From a virus: a DNA stretch of 64,000 nt. Of the stretch, positions 36,769 to 47,063 are shown one piece after another; position 1 is the first letter of the stretch; each line of letters begins with the position of its first letter. Position numbers and translations under genes: made by a program. The stretch covers positions 32,001 through 96,000 of the IMG/VR virus record IMGVR_UViG_3300027863_000020. The stretch is one strand, 5' to 3'. The notes beneath the pieces were generated by a model. That model did not search any database. It saw only the letters and a program-made list of their open reading frames with translations, and was not told where the DNA came from.

Positions 36769-38589
36769 ATGAAACGAACTCTTCTCATTTTTGGCTACTC
36801 CCCGTCTGGTATGTTCAAGGCAGTCCGTGAGTATTTGAAGGATCAAAATGGTTGGTCTGGTGGTGACAAATACGATGGACTCAAGTACAACAACTTGACC
36901 TATGCGTTCTCCAAAGAAATCGAGGTCAATGACCAGAACACCGTTGCTATTGCGGAACAGGCCAAGATCAGCGAATGGGGTATGTATGTCGCAATTCTCA
37001 ATGAAGATGAGACACAGTGGCGACTTCTGGAATCGTCCGAATGGAAGCCTATTTCCAAATTGACGATCAATAACGCAAACAAGATTGCGAAGGAATCGGC
37101 ACGGACATCGGTTTCGTCAATCGAGTCGGACATCATGGCGGTTGCGTTTCTACGACAGAGGTATTTCACAAATACCGTCCGTGGACGGAATGGTATTCGT
37201 GACGATGCCAAGCCATACCGTGATTATCGTGGTAAGAAGGGATGGAGCGATAAGCCCCAAGAAGAAATGACTTATCGCAAATTGACACCAGACGAATCGG
37301 TCGGATTCGGTGTCGATGAAATGTTCCCGAAGAATACCTATGAGAAGATAATCGAGGAAGTTGGTAGTGGTACTCACAAGAATCGGTCGTATGCCGAAGA
37401 TGCCATCAATATCCTATTTCTGGTCAATACGAAGACTGGAAAGATGATCTGCATTCGGAAGAACCATTCTAGCTCTTATGATATTGTGGAGTCCAAGGAC
37501 ACCGCTGAATCAGTATCGTTGAAAGATGTTCGTGTCAATTTGACTGAATATGTTGTCGATGAAGTAATCACAGCAGGGTCTCAAATCATTTCCAGAGTCT
37601 TCAATCTTCCAGTTCCATTATTCGGATACTCCGATTTGCGATTTGTGAATTGCGAAGTGTTCACAAGACTAGGTGATGCCAACTTGGTCAATGTCTATTT
37701 CGATTCGTGTAAGTTCGATGTGAATAAAATCCAGTTATTCGGAACCTGTCACTTCGATAATTGCAAACTTGAGCTAGGGAAAGTCGGTTCCATAACGACA
37801 CACGGGAATCTATCATTCGATAAGTGCCTTGTCGATATAACGGCTCTCCATATCTACCTTTCCGAAAATGCCGATTTTGAAGCGAACAATTGCCAATTCA
37901 ATCGGGCGACAATCATTGCCTATTGTGAAAAGGAATTACCCGCCAAGTTCACCAATTGCAGATTTGAAAACAACTATACGATCAATTTGAGCGACAAAGC
38001 ATACTTCATGTTTACCAAGTGCCATTTGAACCCTATGGCGGTTCCTTTCAATTTTGGTCAATCGAAGGCTCAATATCCGTGCGTTCTGATTGACAGCTTC
38101 GTTGTCCATTATATCAGTGGAAAGCCCGTGCGGGTCATTGGCGATGCGAAGGGAAGCACTTATCTACTGAAGGGTCTCGATACCGATGCCGATTTCTCAC
38201 AGGCTAGGAACGCAAGCATTCGAGCACTCAATTGTACGCTTGGCGGTATCTTCATTCCACCACAGGATGCGGTGATAATCGAGGAAGTCGAGAAGTTCCT
38301 TCCATTCAAAGACAGTGAAGAAGACAAGCAACGACACATCTTCTTTTCTGGATTGAACAAATACGAAGTCACTACCTTCATGGGAACTACTATCCGAAGG
38401 GATGACAACGACAAGCCAGAGACATGGGATTGGACTGGATGGTGGGCATCATTCATTGACAAGGTGGCGAGTCCGATTGACTTGAGTTTCATAACTCCAC
38501 CGAAAGATTATGCCACCATAAAGAAGTATGCTCTGCGTTGGTTCAAGTTCCGTAAGTTGTTCAAGAACGGACACCAGAGGGTTGTATAA
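36769..38589 (+). CDS. Beta-solenoid paralog family member 4
   Basis: FVNC/FDSC/FDNC/FDKC/FTNC/FTKC repeats. Confidence 0.7.
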   Translation: MKRTLLIFGYSPSGMFKAVREYLKDQNGWSGGDKYDGLKYNNLTYAFSKEIEVNDQNTVAIAEQAKISEWGMYVAILNEDETQWRLLESSEWKPISKLTINNANKIAKESARTSVSSIESDIMAVAFLRQRYFTNTVRGRNGIRDDAKPYRDYRGKKGWSDKPQEEMTYRKLTPDESVGFGVDEMFPKNTYEKIIEEVGSGTHKNRSYAEDAINILFLVNTKTGKMICIRKNHSSSYDIVESKDTAESVSLKDVRVNLTEYVVDEVITAGSQIISRVFNLPVPLFGYSDLRFVNCEVFTRLGDANLVNVYFDSCKFDVNKIQLFGTCHFDNCKLELGKVGSITTHGNLSFDKCLVDITALHIYLSENADFEANNCQFNRATIIAYCEKELPAKFTNCRFENNYTINLSDKAYFMFTKCHLNPMAVPFNFGQSKAQYPCVLIDSFVVHYISGKPVRVIGDAKGSTYLLKGLDTDADFSQARNASIRALNCTLGGIFIPPQDAVIIEEVEKFLPFKDSEEDKQRHIFFSGLNKYEVTTFMGTTIRRDDNDKPETWDWTGWWASFIDKVASPIDLSFITPPKDYATIKKYALRWFKFRKLFKNGHQRVV

Positions 38590-38691
38590 TGTTGGAATTA
38601 GCCATGCTCTCAATCTTGATGCTACTAGCCCATCACAACTTCATAGTGCTTGGGCGAAAGCGATTCCGTGATAGATGATGAATCATGGGTT

Positions 38692-38699
38692 CCTAAATA
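38692..38699 (+). promoter_or_regulatory. Late promoter (CCTAAATA)
   Basis: TAAATA then GAGG and ATG 38714. Confidence 0.55.
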
Positions 38700-38713
38700 C
38701 ATTTGAGGAACCT

Positions 38714-40258
38714 ATGAAATACGATAACGACAAGAACATCCATTCGGAAGATGATTTGGCGAAGGCTTATTCCCTAGCACAAACCGAAGGTGTTTCTTCA
38801 ATTGCGGTCGGGATAGTCGAGAACCCGATGGTCATGGAAGTTGTCCGTGGCCTTTCCGCATTCAAGGGCAAGTATTCTCCAAAGAAGAATTCCGTTGGTA
38901 TCGAGATCATCGAGAATGACGGGTATTCCATCGTGTCGCTAATCAATTCAAAGGGATTGGCGATGCACGAAGAAGTCATCAAAGAATTCGTACAAATCTT
39001 TTCATTCAGAAAAGGCAATGCGTTGTGTTTTGTCGAGCAACCGATTCTGAATTTAGCGACAACTTCTGGACTAGATGGCGTTTACCTAGTCAATCAGAAA
39101 ATGGATCACAAGGTAATGGATTCCATGCGAAGGCTTTTGTTCTACAAATGTCAATTCGATTTATCCGTTAAAGGATTGGGGGCTTCAAAAGCACAAGCAA
39201 AACAGAATAGGGTAAGCGAACCGATCCAACTACTTGACAATTGCAAGCTCATCGAATGTTCCGTTGTCAATTCGAGACCGACTGATTCGTTGCAAAGGTA
39301 CGCATTGGTTCGGGTTGTTGGTTGCGATCTAGTCAATACCGACTTCGTGGGCATAGCAGTGGGGTTGTTCGACCGCAACACATTGGAACGGTGCTATTTC
39401 ACCCGATGCTATGTATTCGGTGCAGAAGACCCCAATCAACCGAAGCTCAATTTCAAATTCGAGCAGAAGTTCTCCAAGTGCAAATTTGGATTTGATAATC
39501 TAATCGCACCAACTCAAAACATATTCGACCTAGATGATTGCGAAACCTTCCACAAGCCAGTATTGAACGAGATTGGGAAAATCCGTCCGTTTGCCGAAGT
39601 GACCAGTTCCTTCGGGTTCGATGGATCACATCTTCCTAATCAAATGGTGTTCCGTGGATCGACTATGCCTATGGTGTCGCAAGACCTTTCCATGAGCGAT
39701 CATGTGTATATGTATTTCACCCTAGTCGGAAACCGAATCAATCCAACACTGGATACGAGGGCATTCATCGGAGTCGGTATTGCCAATACCAAGATGATGG
39801 TCGAACGAAAGGGTGGAACCGATCCAGTCGTATTGACTCTTTCTGGAAAGACCACTATTCCCGATTTCGATGCCCGTGAAAATGACCCAGAACTCTATAC
39901 TCCATCCGATCCGTCAATTCCGTTTCTTGAAATGAAGGGCGTTGATGTATTGGCGGTTCCTACTGGATACGACAGAGACCCCGTACTGGAAAATGGTATT
40001 GGTGTCTTCTTGGAGAAAGTTCGTGGAATCCATACCATCATCGACTTCAAGGACAGCAGAACATCGGTGTTCTATGTCTATTATCCGTTGATGCAAGCGA
40101 TCATCAAAACAAGTGGACGCAAGGTTGTCGAAAAGACTCTCAAGAAGGTGTGTGATGAAATTGAGAGAAAGCCGTCAATCGGTGAGTATCTGAAGAACGA
40201 GCCACCCGAAATAACCCGTCTTCGTAAAATGTTTGAACTTCTATCAAGAGGTCTTTAA
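38714..40258 (+). CDS. Beta-solenoid paralog family member 5
   Basis: FYKC/LDNC/FTRC/FSKC repeats; C-terminal 'RLRKMFELL'. Confidence 0.65.
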   Translation: MKYDNDKNIHSEDDLAKAYSLAQTEGVSSIAVGIVENPMVMEVVRGLSAFKGKYSPKKNSVGIEIIENDGYSIVSLINSKGLAMHEEVIKEFVQIFSFRKGNALCFVEQPILNLATTSGLDGVYLVNQKMDHKVMDSMRRLLFYKCQFDLSVKGLGASKAQAKQNRVSEPIQLLDNCKLIECSVVNSRPTDSLQRYALVRVVGCDLVNTDFVGIAVGLFDRNTLERCYFTRCYVFGAEDPNQPKLNFKFEQKFSKCKFGFDNLIAPTQNIFDLDDCETFHKPVLNEIGKIRPFAEVTSSFGFDGSHLPNQMVFRGSTMPMVSQDLSMSDHVYMYFTLVGNRINPTLDTRAFIGVGIANTKMMVERKGGTDPVVLTLSGKTTIPDFDARENDPELYTPSDPSIPFLEMKGVDVLAVPTGYDRDPVLENGIGVFLEKVRGIHTIIDFKDSRTSVFYVYYPLMQAIIKTSGRKVVEKTLKKVCDEIERKPSIGEYLKNEPPEITRLRKMFELLSRGL

Positions 40259-41784
40259 TGCCCATTTTTGTAGAAATCGCTACCAAGTCCCAAGCAGGGC
40301 AAGGCGTTGTCAAGGAAGCCCTTATCGTTGGGTTGAGTTCCAATGTCACATTTACCGCACCGTCATCTCTTCGTTTCTTCAGAGTGACTTGTACTATGTC
40401 TGATGTGTATGCGGAGAAGGGAATCGTTGAAATCTTCAATGCGATTTCTACTCCCAAAGCATCAAAGTCGATACAAATGATCGAAGTTAGGACGGTAGAT
40501 ACCGCATTCAAATGGCCTTTTACTACCAATGTTCCATTTTTACATAGTAGCGCATTTTATTTCCAAGATTGTCTTGTCGAATTTGGAAGGAAGCCCGTAT
40601 TACCCGCAAAAGTGGTAATACAGGGAAGGAAGAGCGGTATTGTAGCGGACTTTACTGGTGTTGATGATTTGGGTGTCATGGAATTCCGAAATATGGGGAA
40701 TTTCGATATAACGACCAATCCACAGGTCAATGCCAAAATGATGTTCTCGAATTGTGACATTGGCACTGGACTGAAATGCGGCAAGTACGATGTGAATTAT
40801 GTTCTTCCAAAGAAGATCGGTGGAAATTACATTGAAATCCGCACGGATTCGTCAATTGGAAAACATGGCGAAGAATTATATGTCGGTGGAGCATTGCAAT
40901 TCGCAACCTAAGGATGTAAGGTTTTCGGTAAAGTCTATCCTCTATTTGGATTTATTGGTTATATGCCAAAAGGCGATGGAACCATCTATACGGGTGTTCG
41001 CAACCATGAAAAAATTGGTGGTTTTAGAAACCACAATATCTACTTGGGAGCCAATACGCATTTTTCCGAAATGGCAACATTGGGAATTCCACACTCCGAT
41101 AAGTTGAAAAGTGCCATTCATGCGAAGAACCGACAGCCATTGAATCAGAACTTCAACGACCAAACGCCCGTATTGTCTTTCATTGACGAGCGAAAAGAGA
41201 AGGATCGTGTTTTCCTCAAGATTGACGCTCAATCGGATTTCATATTCGATACGAAAGACCCTATTTCGTCACTACTCCATACCGAAATCGAACTTACCGT
41301 CATGGGTGCGAGACAGGGAATCGTTGATTATTTGCTCATTCATGGAAACGATCTTCCAAATCCACGGACTAATACAGCAAAGCCACAACTCATTATGTCT
41401 GGTGATGACCTCATTCCGAACTATACTGGAAGAGCGTACAAGTCCTACATGGATATGATGGATGAGCACTACAAAGCCCAATTCTCGACAGTCGATCCAC
41501 AGAACATCGAAAACCTGTTCAAGATGAATTCCGACATTATCTGTACCTACATGGACGGGACTACAAGCGAATACCTGTATTACAGAACCAAGTTGCTCAA
41601 TATCATTCTCAAGCCCAATATCCCGAACATCCCGTGGTGGAAACGACATTCGTTGTGGAAGAACCTCAACGAAATTACCAAGTCCATATTTGACACAAAG
41701 CGGGAAAGCATCCATATTGTAGAACAGAACACGGTCAAGTACGACCGTATCGTCCATTTCTTGAGGCTTTGTGGAATCAAATGA
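40258..41784 (+). pseudogene. Family member 6, interrupted by one in-frame TAA (40909-40911)
   Basis: ORFs 40258..40911 and 40963..41784 share a frame with no other stop between; C-terminal 'RIVHFLRLCG' matches member 1. Confidence 0.7.
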
Positions 41785-43133
41785 GCTACCTTGGAACGCT
41801 AATATCCGATGAATTGAAGAGCCTTGGTTGGGATCGACTCATGCCACAGGAAGGGAATGTCCAGACCACGGACATCCGAAAGTGGACTTGCCATGCCATG
41901 AGCAAAGCGATCTGGAAATTCGCATACGAGCGATATACCCTCAATCTCATTGCGAATGGATCGTTCGTCAATAACTCCAATTATCAGGCAACCCAAGCGT
42001 CCGTTCCGTACCAACAGCCGACCGTTGGAATCTCATTGACGGGTTGGCTTCGGATTCCGTCCCACAAGAAGCTCTATGACATCCTTCTCCCTTGGATGAG
42101 GCAAAGCGATAATCCCCCCGATGTCTGGATTGATACTTTTCAACGAATCTTCATCGACTGGTTCGGTGTTCTCGAAGTACAAGCGGGACAGGATGGACAG
42201 ACCCCGCTCCCGATCATTCCATCCCCGACTTTCAATCCATCCCCTCCGTATTTCCACTCAATCAATGGATCGACCTTGGATTCCAACAAGTTCATTCCCC
42301 CGATTGAGAACCCCCCTCCGTCCGCTTACCCCGTCCCCTGTTCCAGTAGCCCCTCTGGTGGTATGTCCGTCCCTCCGATTGACACGGGCATTCAGGATGC
42401 AAAGGATTCCGAATCGAGCCGTTGGGACTCCCTACGGGCGACAGCGGTGTCATTCGAGGCCACCGCATTGACCAATTGGACGAATGCTTCAGGAACGACC
42501 GATCCTACCCAATTGGAAGCCCTGCGACAGCCATACCGTGACCGTTGGCAAGTCAGTCTGGAAGCCCTGCGAACCGAACAGGGCGAATTGAGAGGGGAGT
42601 CATCCCCAAATACCACAAGATTGACCGAAATTGACGGGCAGATTCAGTCAATCCACGACAATGCGCTCTCCTATGTGGATACCGACTACCCATCGGCAAC
42701 CGCCCGTATCGAGATGATCGACTATGAGAAGGGCTTGGCGACCTCTGGAAGCTCCGTTCCACCCGTTGTCCCTCCCATACCCCTACCCGTGGGAGAAACG
42801 AACCCAGATGCCCCCGAAATCGGGAATGCGAACCTATTGGAACCGAATGCCCCCGACTACGAATGGCCTCCAATCGTGGCATGGTACTCCACCCCTCCAA
42901 AAATCACATTCCCGACTTGTGCATCACACGGACAGGCTTGCTACGATGAGCTATCGTCATCGAACCCCGCCTCAATGGAAGAAGCATGGGACATCATCGG
43001 AAAGCACTTGGCAAACGCATTCAATGACCATTTGAAGGCGGTTGGTGGTGGTTCTGGATACGCCTATGGATTGCCCGTCAATCCGTGGAATGGATCAATC
43101 CTGATTGTTTCGTGTGTTTGGGACGATGCCTAA
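41781..43133 (+). CDS. Pro-rich hypothetical protein, possibly virion-associated
   Basis: ATGA overlap at 41781; 450 aa. Confidence 0.6.
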   Translation: MSYLGTLISDELKSLGWDRLMPQEGNVQTTDIRKWTCHAMSKAIWKFAYERYTLNLIANGSFVNNSNYQATQASVPYQQPTVGISLTGWLRIPSHKKLYDILLPWMRQSDNPPDVWIDTFQRIFIDWFGVLEVQAGQDGQTPLPIIPSPTFNPSPPYFHSINGSTLDSNKFIPPIENPPPSAYPVPCSSSPSGGMSVPPIDTGIQDAKDSESSRWDSLRATAVSFEATALTNWTNASGTTDPTQLEALRQPYRDRWQVSLEALRTEQGELRGESSPNTTRLTEIDGQIQSIHDNALSYVDTDYPSATARIEMIDYEKGLATSGSSVPPVVPPIPLPVGETNPDAPEIGNANLLEPNAPDYEWPPIVAWYSTPPKITFPTCASHGQACYDELSSSNPASMEEAWDIIGKHLANAFNDHLKAVGGGSGYAYGLPVNPWNGSILIVSCVWDDA

Positions 43134-43141
43134 AATAATAC

Positions 43142-43174
43142 CTTGACTATACAAGATACATAGTGTATATTCAA
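43142..43174 (+). promoter_or_regulatory. Early promoter repeat copy 1 (TTGACT-ATACAAGATAC..-TATATT)
   Basis: Near-identical to 48628 and 50566; 17-nt spacer. Confidence 0.8.
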
Positions 43175-43177
43175 GGT

Positions 43178-43432
43178 ATGATGACAATACACGAAACATT
43201 GAAGGTTATCAGGGAAAAGGCAGAAGCCCTCAAAGCCCCCTACAATGGTTGCGTTCTTTCCGTGAAATTGGGCGAAACCGTCCACAAGGTAGAAGCTCAC
43301 AAACAGCACTGGTTGGTGGAAGGTTCGTATCCGAACTATTCGGTTGGTCTGTATGTGTTTGCCGATCACGCCAAACTCTATATCTCTCAATACTCTTGGG
43401 AATCGTTGGTGGTCGGGGTCGAATTCAAATGA
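43178..43432 (+). CDS. Small hypothetical protein
   Basis: ATG 6 nt after the -10 box. Confidence 0.6.
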   Translation: MMTIHETLKVIREKAEALKAPYNGCVLSVKLGETVHKVEAHKQHWLVEGSYPNYSVGLYVFADHAKLYISQYSWESLVVGVEFK

Positions 43433-44985
43433 TTGCGTTCTCATATTCCAAGAACGACATCCTATCCGAAGAAGCGAAAGAAGCCTTCTTTGGAAAAAGA
43501 CCTATGGGTGAAATCGAAGTCGGGATAATCGTCAATCAATTGGATAATAAGAGCGTGGCGACAAATTTCATGCAATACATCCAATCCAAGGGGTTCGACA
43601 AATTTACGATTGAGAACAAGAATCTCATCGTTATGAATACCAAGTCGAAACAGGTCAAAGCATCCGACATTGACCGAATGGCCTATTGCATATCTCTCGA
43701 CAAAAATCTCATGTACTTCAAGGACATCACCATTTTTGCGGGTACTGGATTGGGTAATTCCGATCCACCATCGTCTAACAATTGGAAGATAGAGAATTGC
43801 GAAATCAATATGAATGGCTCGACAATGAAGTTCACCAATTCGGTGATAACCATTGTCAATTGCACAATCAATGGAATGAGCCAGTGTATTTCATCCGATA
43901 GTGCTTATATGGAGTTCATCAAATGCCGTTTCGCCAAACGAAACATAAGCGATGGAGAATTCACTTCTTTCATAGCGGGTAATACATCATCTATCCACAC
44001 TCCGACAAATCACATGGCATCTTCCATTGATTTGAAGCAGTGTGATTTGACCTCTGTTAATCTGAAATTTGAGAATACCCGTCAATCCGCAAGCCTATCG
44101 GTAATTGATTGTGATATGACATCGTGGGGATTTTCAAAGATCAAGCCAAAGACAATACTCATCATTGGAACCTCACCAGTCCAATTCCGTGACTGCAAGT
44201 TTCCAAAGCTCCATGTATTCCCGCACAACAAGGACAAGAGCACCGAAGCACGGAACATAGTCGCATTATACCAGAATGGATATATCGAATATCCTCTGTA
44301 TAAAGGAATCATGGATCACACAACGGTTCGTCTAGTACCCGTTGGTATGAATGCGATTGCGGTGATTCCAGACAATATCATAGTTTCGGAAGATGGTGAT
44401 TTCATCATGGCTTCGATATATGAGAACAATTGCTACCTAATCGGAACCGACATCAAGATAGGTCATTCCGATACCGCATATGATGGCGACCACCCACCCA
44501 AGTACACTCCAACATCATTCAAGTTTCAGCATTGCCATGTCGATTGCTCCCAAGCGATGACATTCACTCATTACTTTGGAGTGACCAGTACCGTATCAAT
44601 CGGGGATCATGGTATCTTGTGCCTTGATGACATCAACGATACTTCGGGGACTAATATCGTTTCGGACAACTCGTTGTATGCTTTGCTTGCCGATGGTAGG
44701 TTGAGACTGAAAGGAACTCTCTGGTCGAAGATTGACAGGGTAATAAGAACTCCGTCAATCACCATTCGCCCAATAAGAAGGAAGCCGATGTTTTCCGACA
44801 GGTATGGATGGCTCTATTTCGTACTGGACGGAAAGAAGGGTACTTTGTCGAAAGCCCTTGGTGTTGCCGACAAGGTTGCATCCGAACTTCCGATTGAGAA
44901 GTGGGGAACCTATGCGGACAGGATCACAAATCAGCTTCAGTTTTTTGTGGATAACGAGAAGATGCTTATGAAATTGAGCAAATAA
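43429..44985 (+). CDS. Beta-solenoid paralog family member 7
   Basis: ATGA overlap; IENC/IVNC/FIKC/FRDC/FQHC repeats; N-terminus resembles member 5 (I.VGI+). Confidence 0.65.
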   Translation: MIAFSYSKNDILSEEAKEAFFGKRPMGEIEVGIIVNQLDNKSVATNFMQYIQSKGFDKFTIENKNLIVMNTKSKQVKASDIDRMAYCISLDKNLMYFKDITIFAGTGLGNSDPPSSNNWKIENCEINMNGSTMKFTNSVITIVNCTINGMSQCISSDSAYMEFIKCRFAKRNISDGEFTSFIAGNTSSIHTPTNHMASSIDLKQCDLTSVNLKFENTRQSASLSVIDCDMTSWGFSKIKPKTILIIGTSPVQFRDCKFPKLHVFPHNKDKSTEARNIVALYQNGYIEYPLYKGIMDHTTVRLVPVGMNAIAVIPDNIIVSEDGDFIMASIYENNCYLIGTDIKIGHSDTAYDGDHPPKYTPTSFKFQHCHVDCSQAMTFTHYFGVTSTVSIGDHGILCLDDINDTSGTNIVSDNSLYALLADGRLRLKGTLWSKIDRVIRTPSITIRPIRRKPMFSDRYGWLYFVLDGKKGTLSKALGVADKVASELPIEKWGTYADRITNQLQFFVDNEKMLMKLSK

Positions 44986-45014
44986 TTGACAGGTTTTTGA
45001 ATACCATCCATATT
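44986..45014 (+). promoter_or_regulatory. Early promoter TTGACA-N17-CATATT
   Basis: Similar to the 9125 promoter (TTGACAGG...ATCCATATTTT). Confidence 0.7.
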
Positions 45015-45036
45015 TTCAACTAAAGGACAAATTGAA

Positions 45037-45579
45037 ATGAATGAATTTGATATTGCGGTGCTTTCCGATGCACTCGAAAAAGCGATGAAGATGTACGATG
45101 GAATCGTTCTGGATAAAAGAACGGTTGCTATGGTCGAATCCAATGTTCAATCAATCGTTCGTGATGCGGTCGAAAAAGGCCAATTCGATCCAGAAGCCAA
45201 GGTTCGGGTGGTCAAGGTTGGACGGAATGGATTGAACATCGTACTTACTCCGAAGTTCGTAGAGTACAGTATTCCATGCACCCATCCCGATCTCGATACT
45301 CTCATGGACAATACAGATCAGGACAAAATCAAAATCCTGATTCGCAGACAGTTCGGGAATAACGCCCATGTGATTTTATCCAAGTTGAAATCTATGTTGA
45401 GCAAGTTGGGGAATCCACCGTTCTCCCATCTTCGGATTGCCATTCTGGACAGCAACGATACGGTGCGAATGTTTCTGGAAGCCCGTGGTCGGTGTTGCGA
45501 AATTGAGGAAGACTTATTTGACCTCAATGGAGAAACCGTGGCGATTGGATTCAATCATGGACATTCGAGGAAGGTATGA
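45037..45579 (+). CDS. Hypothetical protein
   Basis: RBS; first gene of the early operon. Confidence 0.65.
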   Translation: MNEFDIAVLSDALEKAMKMYDGIVLDKRTVAMVESNVQSIVRDAVEKGQFDPEAKVRVVKVGRNGLNIVLTPKFVEYSIPCTHPDLDTLMDNTDQDKIKILIRRQFGNNAHVILSKLKSMLSKLGNPPFSHLRIAILDSNDTVRMFLEARGRCCEIEEDLFDLNGETVAIGFNHGHSRKV

Positions 45580-46013
45580 ACAAGAAGCCAAGAAAACTTC
45601 AGATACACAAGCACCCGAAGCTCAATTACAGTGTGTATGTGGGGGACATCCAATTGCTCCCTCTTTCCGAACTCACCGAAGCCGATGAACGGGTGGTGTT
45701 GCTCAAGCCCTTGTGTGGTGTCGAGAACCTAATCCTTGAAGTGGTCGATAAGGGCATCATCAATAATAAGATGATGGTTAGCTTGAAGACCGAATTGGGT
45801 AGCCTGTGGGTGACAGTGGACAAAGTGGCGAACATTCCGTCCAGAGTCCGCAAGCCGAAGAAATTGAAGTACCGCATCCATTTCAATCAGATCAATCAAA
45901 TGCACTATACCATCGAAGCGTTTTCCGAAAGCGAAGCCATTGCCGAAGCGACAAGACAATGGAAGCGGGATAACAAAGAGCCTAATTTGATCGAAGTGGA
46001 TATTGTATTATGA
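45576..46013 (+). CDS. Hypothetical protein
   Basis: ATGA overlap. Confidence 0.6.
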   Translation: MNKKPRKLQIHKHPKLNYSVYVGDIQLLPLSELTEADERVVLLKPLCGVENLILEVVDKGIINNKMMVSLKTELGSLWVTVDKVANIPSRVRKPKKLKYRIHFNQINQMHYTIEAFSESEAIAEATRQWKRDNKEPNLIEVDIVL

Positions 46014-46384
46014 ACTTCGGTCTCGATATTGACAAGGAAAAGGAAGAACTACGAACGCTCTTTTCCAAGAAGTATCCCGATGTGTCGAAGATCAGACAGA
46101 CCGATCTTCACAAGCTAGTGTACTTGCTTGACAAGCAACTGGATTCCCATTATGCGGATGGACACCTTCGGATGTACATGGAGCCGATCAATTCGTTCGT
46201 AGCCCGTATGATCCGAACCAAGGGAATCCAGTACAGAGGAATCGAACTCAAGGTCAATTCCCACTACTTTTCTGGAAGACAAGCCATTGAAATATCCAAA
46301 GACGGAAAGGTCTATTTCTGTGGTTGGGCAAGTGGTGTCAATCATGTCCCATTTTTAATCGCATTCGCAGAGTGGTTGGAATGA
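46010..46384 (+). CDS. Hypothetical protein
   Basis: ATGA overlap; 'HYFSGRQAI...FCGWASG.N'. Confidence 0.6.
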   Translation: MNFGLDIDKEKEELRTLFSKKYPDVSKIRQTDLHKLVYLLDKQLDSHYADGHLRMYMEPINSFVARMIRTKGIQYRGIELKVNSHYFSGRQAIEISKDGKVYFCGWASGVNHVPFLIAFAEWLE

Positions 46385-46890
46385 TCCACAAGTTCACAAC
46401 ACCCGAAATGGAACTAGCTCTTGTCAATCCACGGACAGGAGCATTTCCGTTTGTCCGTTATTTCGTGCTACCACGGGTTGCTTATGGATTGAATCATATC
46501 AACCACGAATGCGATCTACTCATTCTCTCGAAGAGTGGAGTATTGCACGAAGTCGAAATCAAGATCAGTAAAGCCGATCTATTGGCAGACAAGCGAAAGC
46601 GTCATACCCACGATTCCAAAATCATAAAGCGTCTTTGGTTCGCAGTTCCAGAGCATTTGAAGGACTTTGCGATTGACCATATTCCAGAGAAGGCGGGATT
46701 GATCTATGTAGTCCGTCAATTACTTCGGAATGGATCAATCAGGGAATCGTGTCATGTGGTCAAGATGCCCAAGCACAAGGGCAAGGACAAGCCAGATCAG
46801 GCACTTGTAGCCCATATGTACGAGCTTATGGCTATGAGGTACTGGTCGGAGAAGATCAGGGTGTACAACCGCTCTATGAGGAAAGTATGA
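46381..46890 (+). CDS. PD-(D/E)xK nuclease, MmcB-like
   Basis: 'ECDLL...HEVEIKISKADLLADKRK...LWFAVP...AGLI'. Confidence 0.75.
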   Translation: MIHKFTTPEMELALVNPRTGAFPFVRYFVLPRVAYGLNHINHECDLLILSKSGVLHEVEIKISKADLLADKRKRHTHDSKIIKRLWFAVPEHLKDFAIDHIPEKAGLIYVVRQLLRNGSIRESCHVVKMPKHKGKDKPDQALVAHMYELMAMRYWSEKIRVYNRSMRKV

Positions 46891-47063
46891 GTTATCAAAT
46901 GCAATTGATGGCGGCTCTTGCGATGTATGGAGCATCCGCAAAATCGGACTGGTATCATCATCCAAAGAAAGGCCAATCGGTGTTCAAGAACAAATCGAAG
47001 ACTGCCCATAAACGAAAAGCACAAAAGAACGCTCGAAAGATTCAACGGAGGCATAATGGCTAA
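46887..47063 (+). CDS. Small basic hypothetical protein
   Basis: ATGA overlap; Lys/Arg-rich tail. Confidence 0.5.
   Translation: MSYQMQLMAALAMYGASAKSDWYHHPKKGQSVFKNKSKTAHKRKAQKNARKIQRRHNG

Noticed and set aside
38581-38690. Short intergenic ORF (MLSILMLL..., about 24 aa) and a TATAAT box
   Set aside because: Too short and lacks a convincing RBS or -35 box.
30221-44985. Diversity-generating retroelement or invertible cassette behind the paralog array
   Set aside because: No reverse transcriptase, recombinase, TR/VR pair or inverted crossover sites seen in the window.
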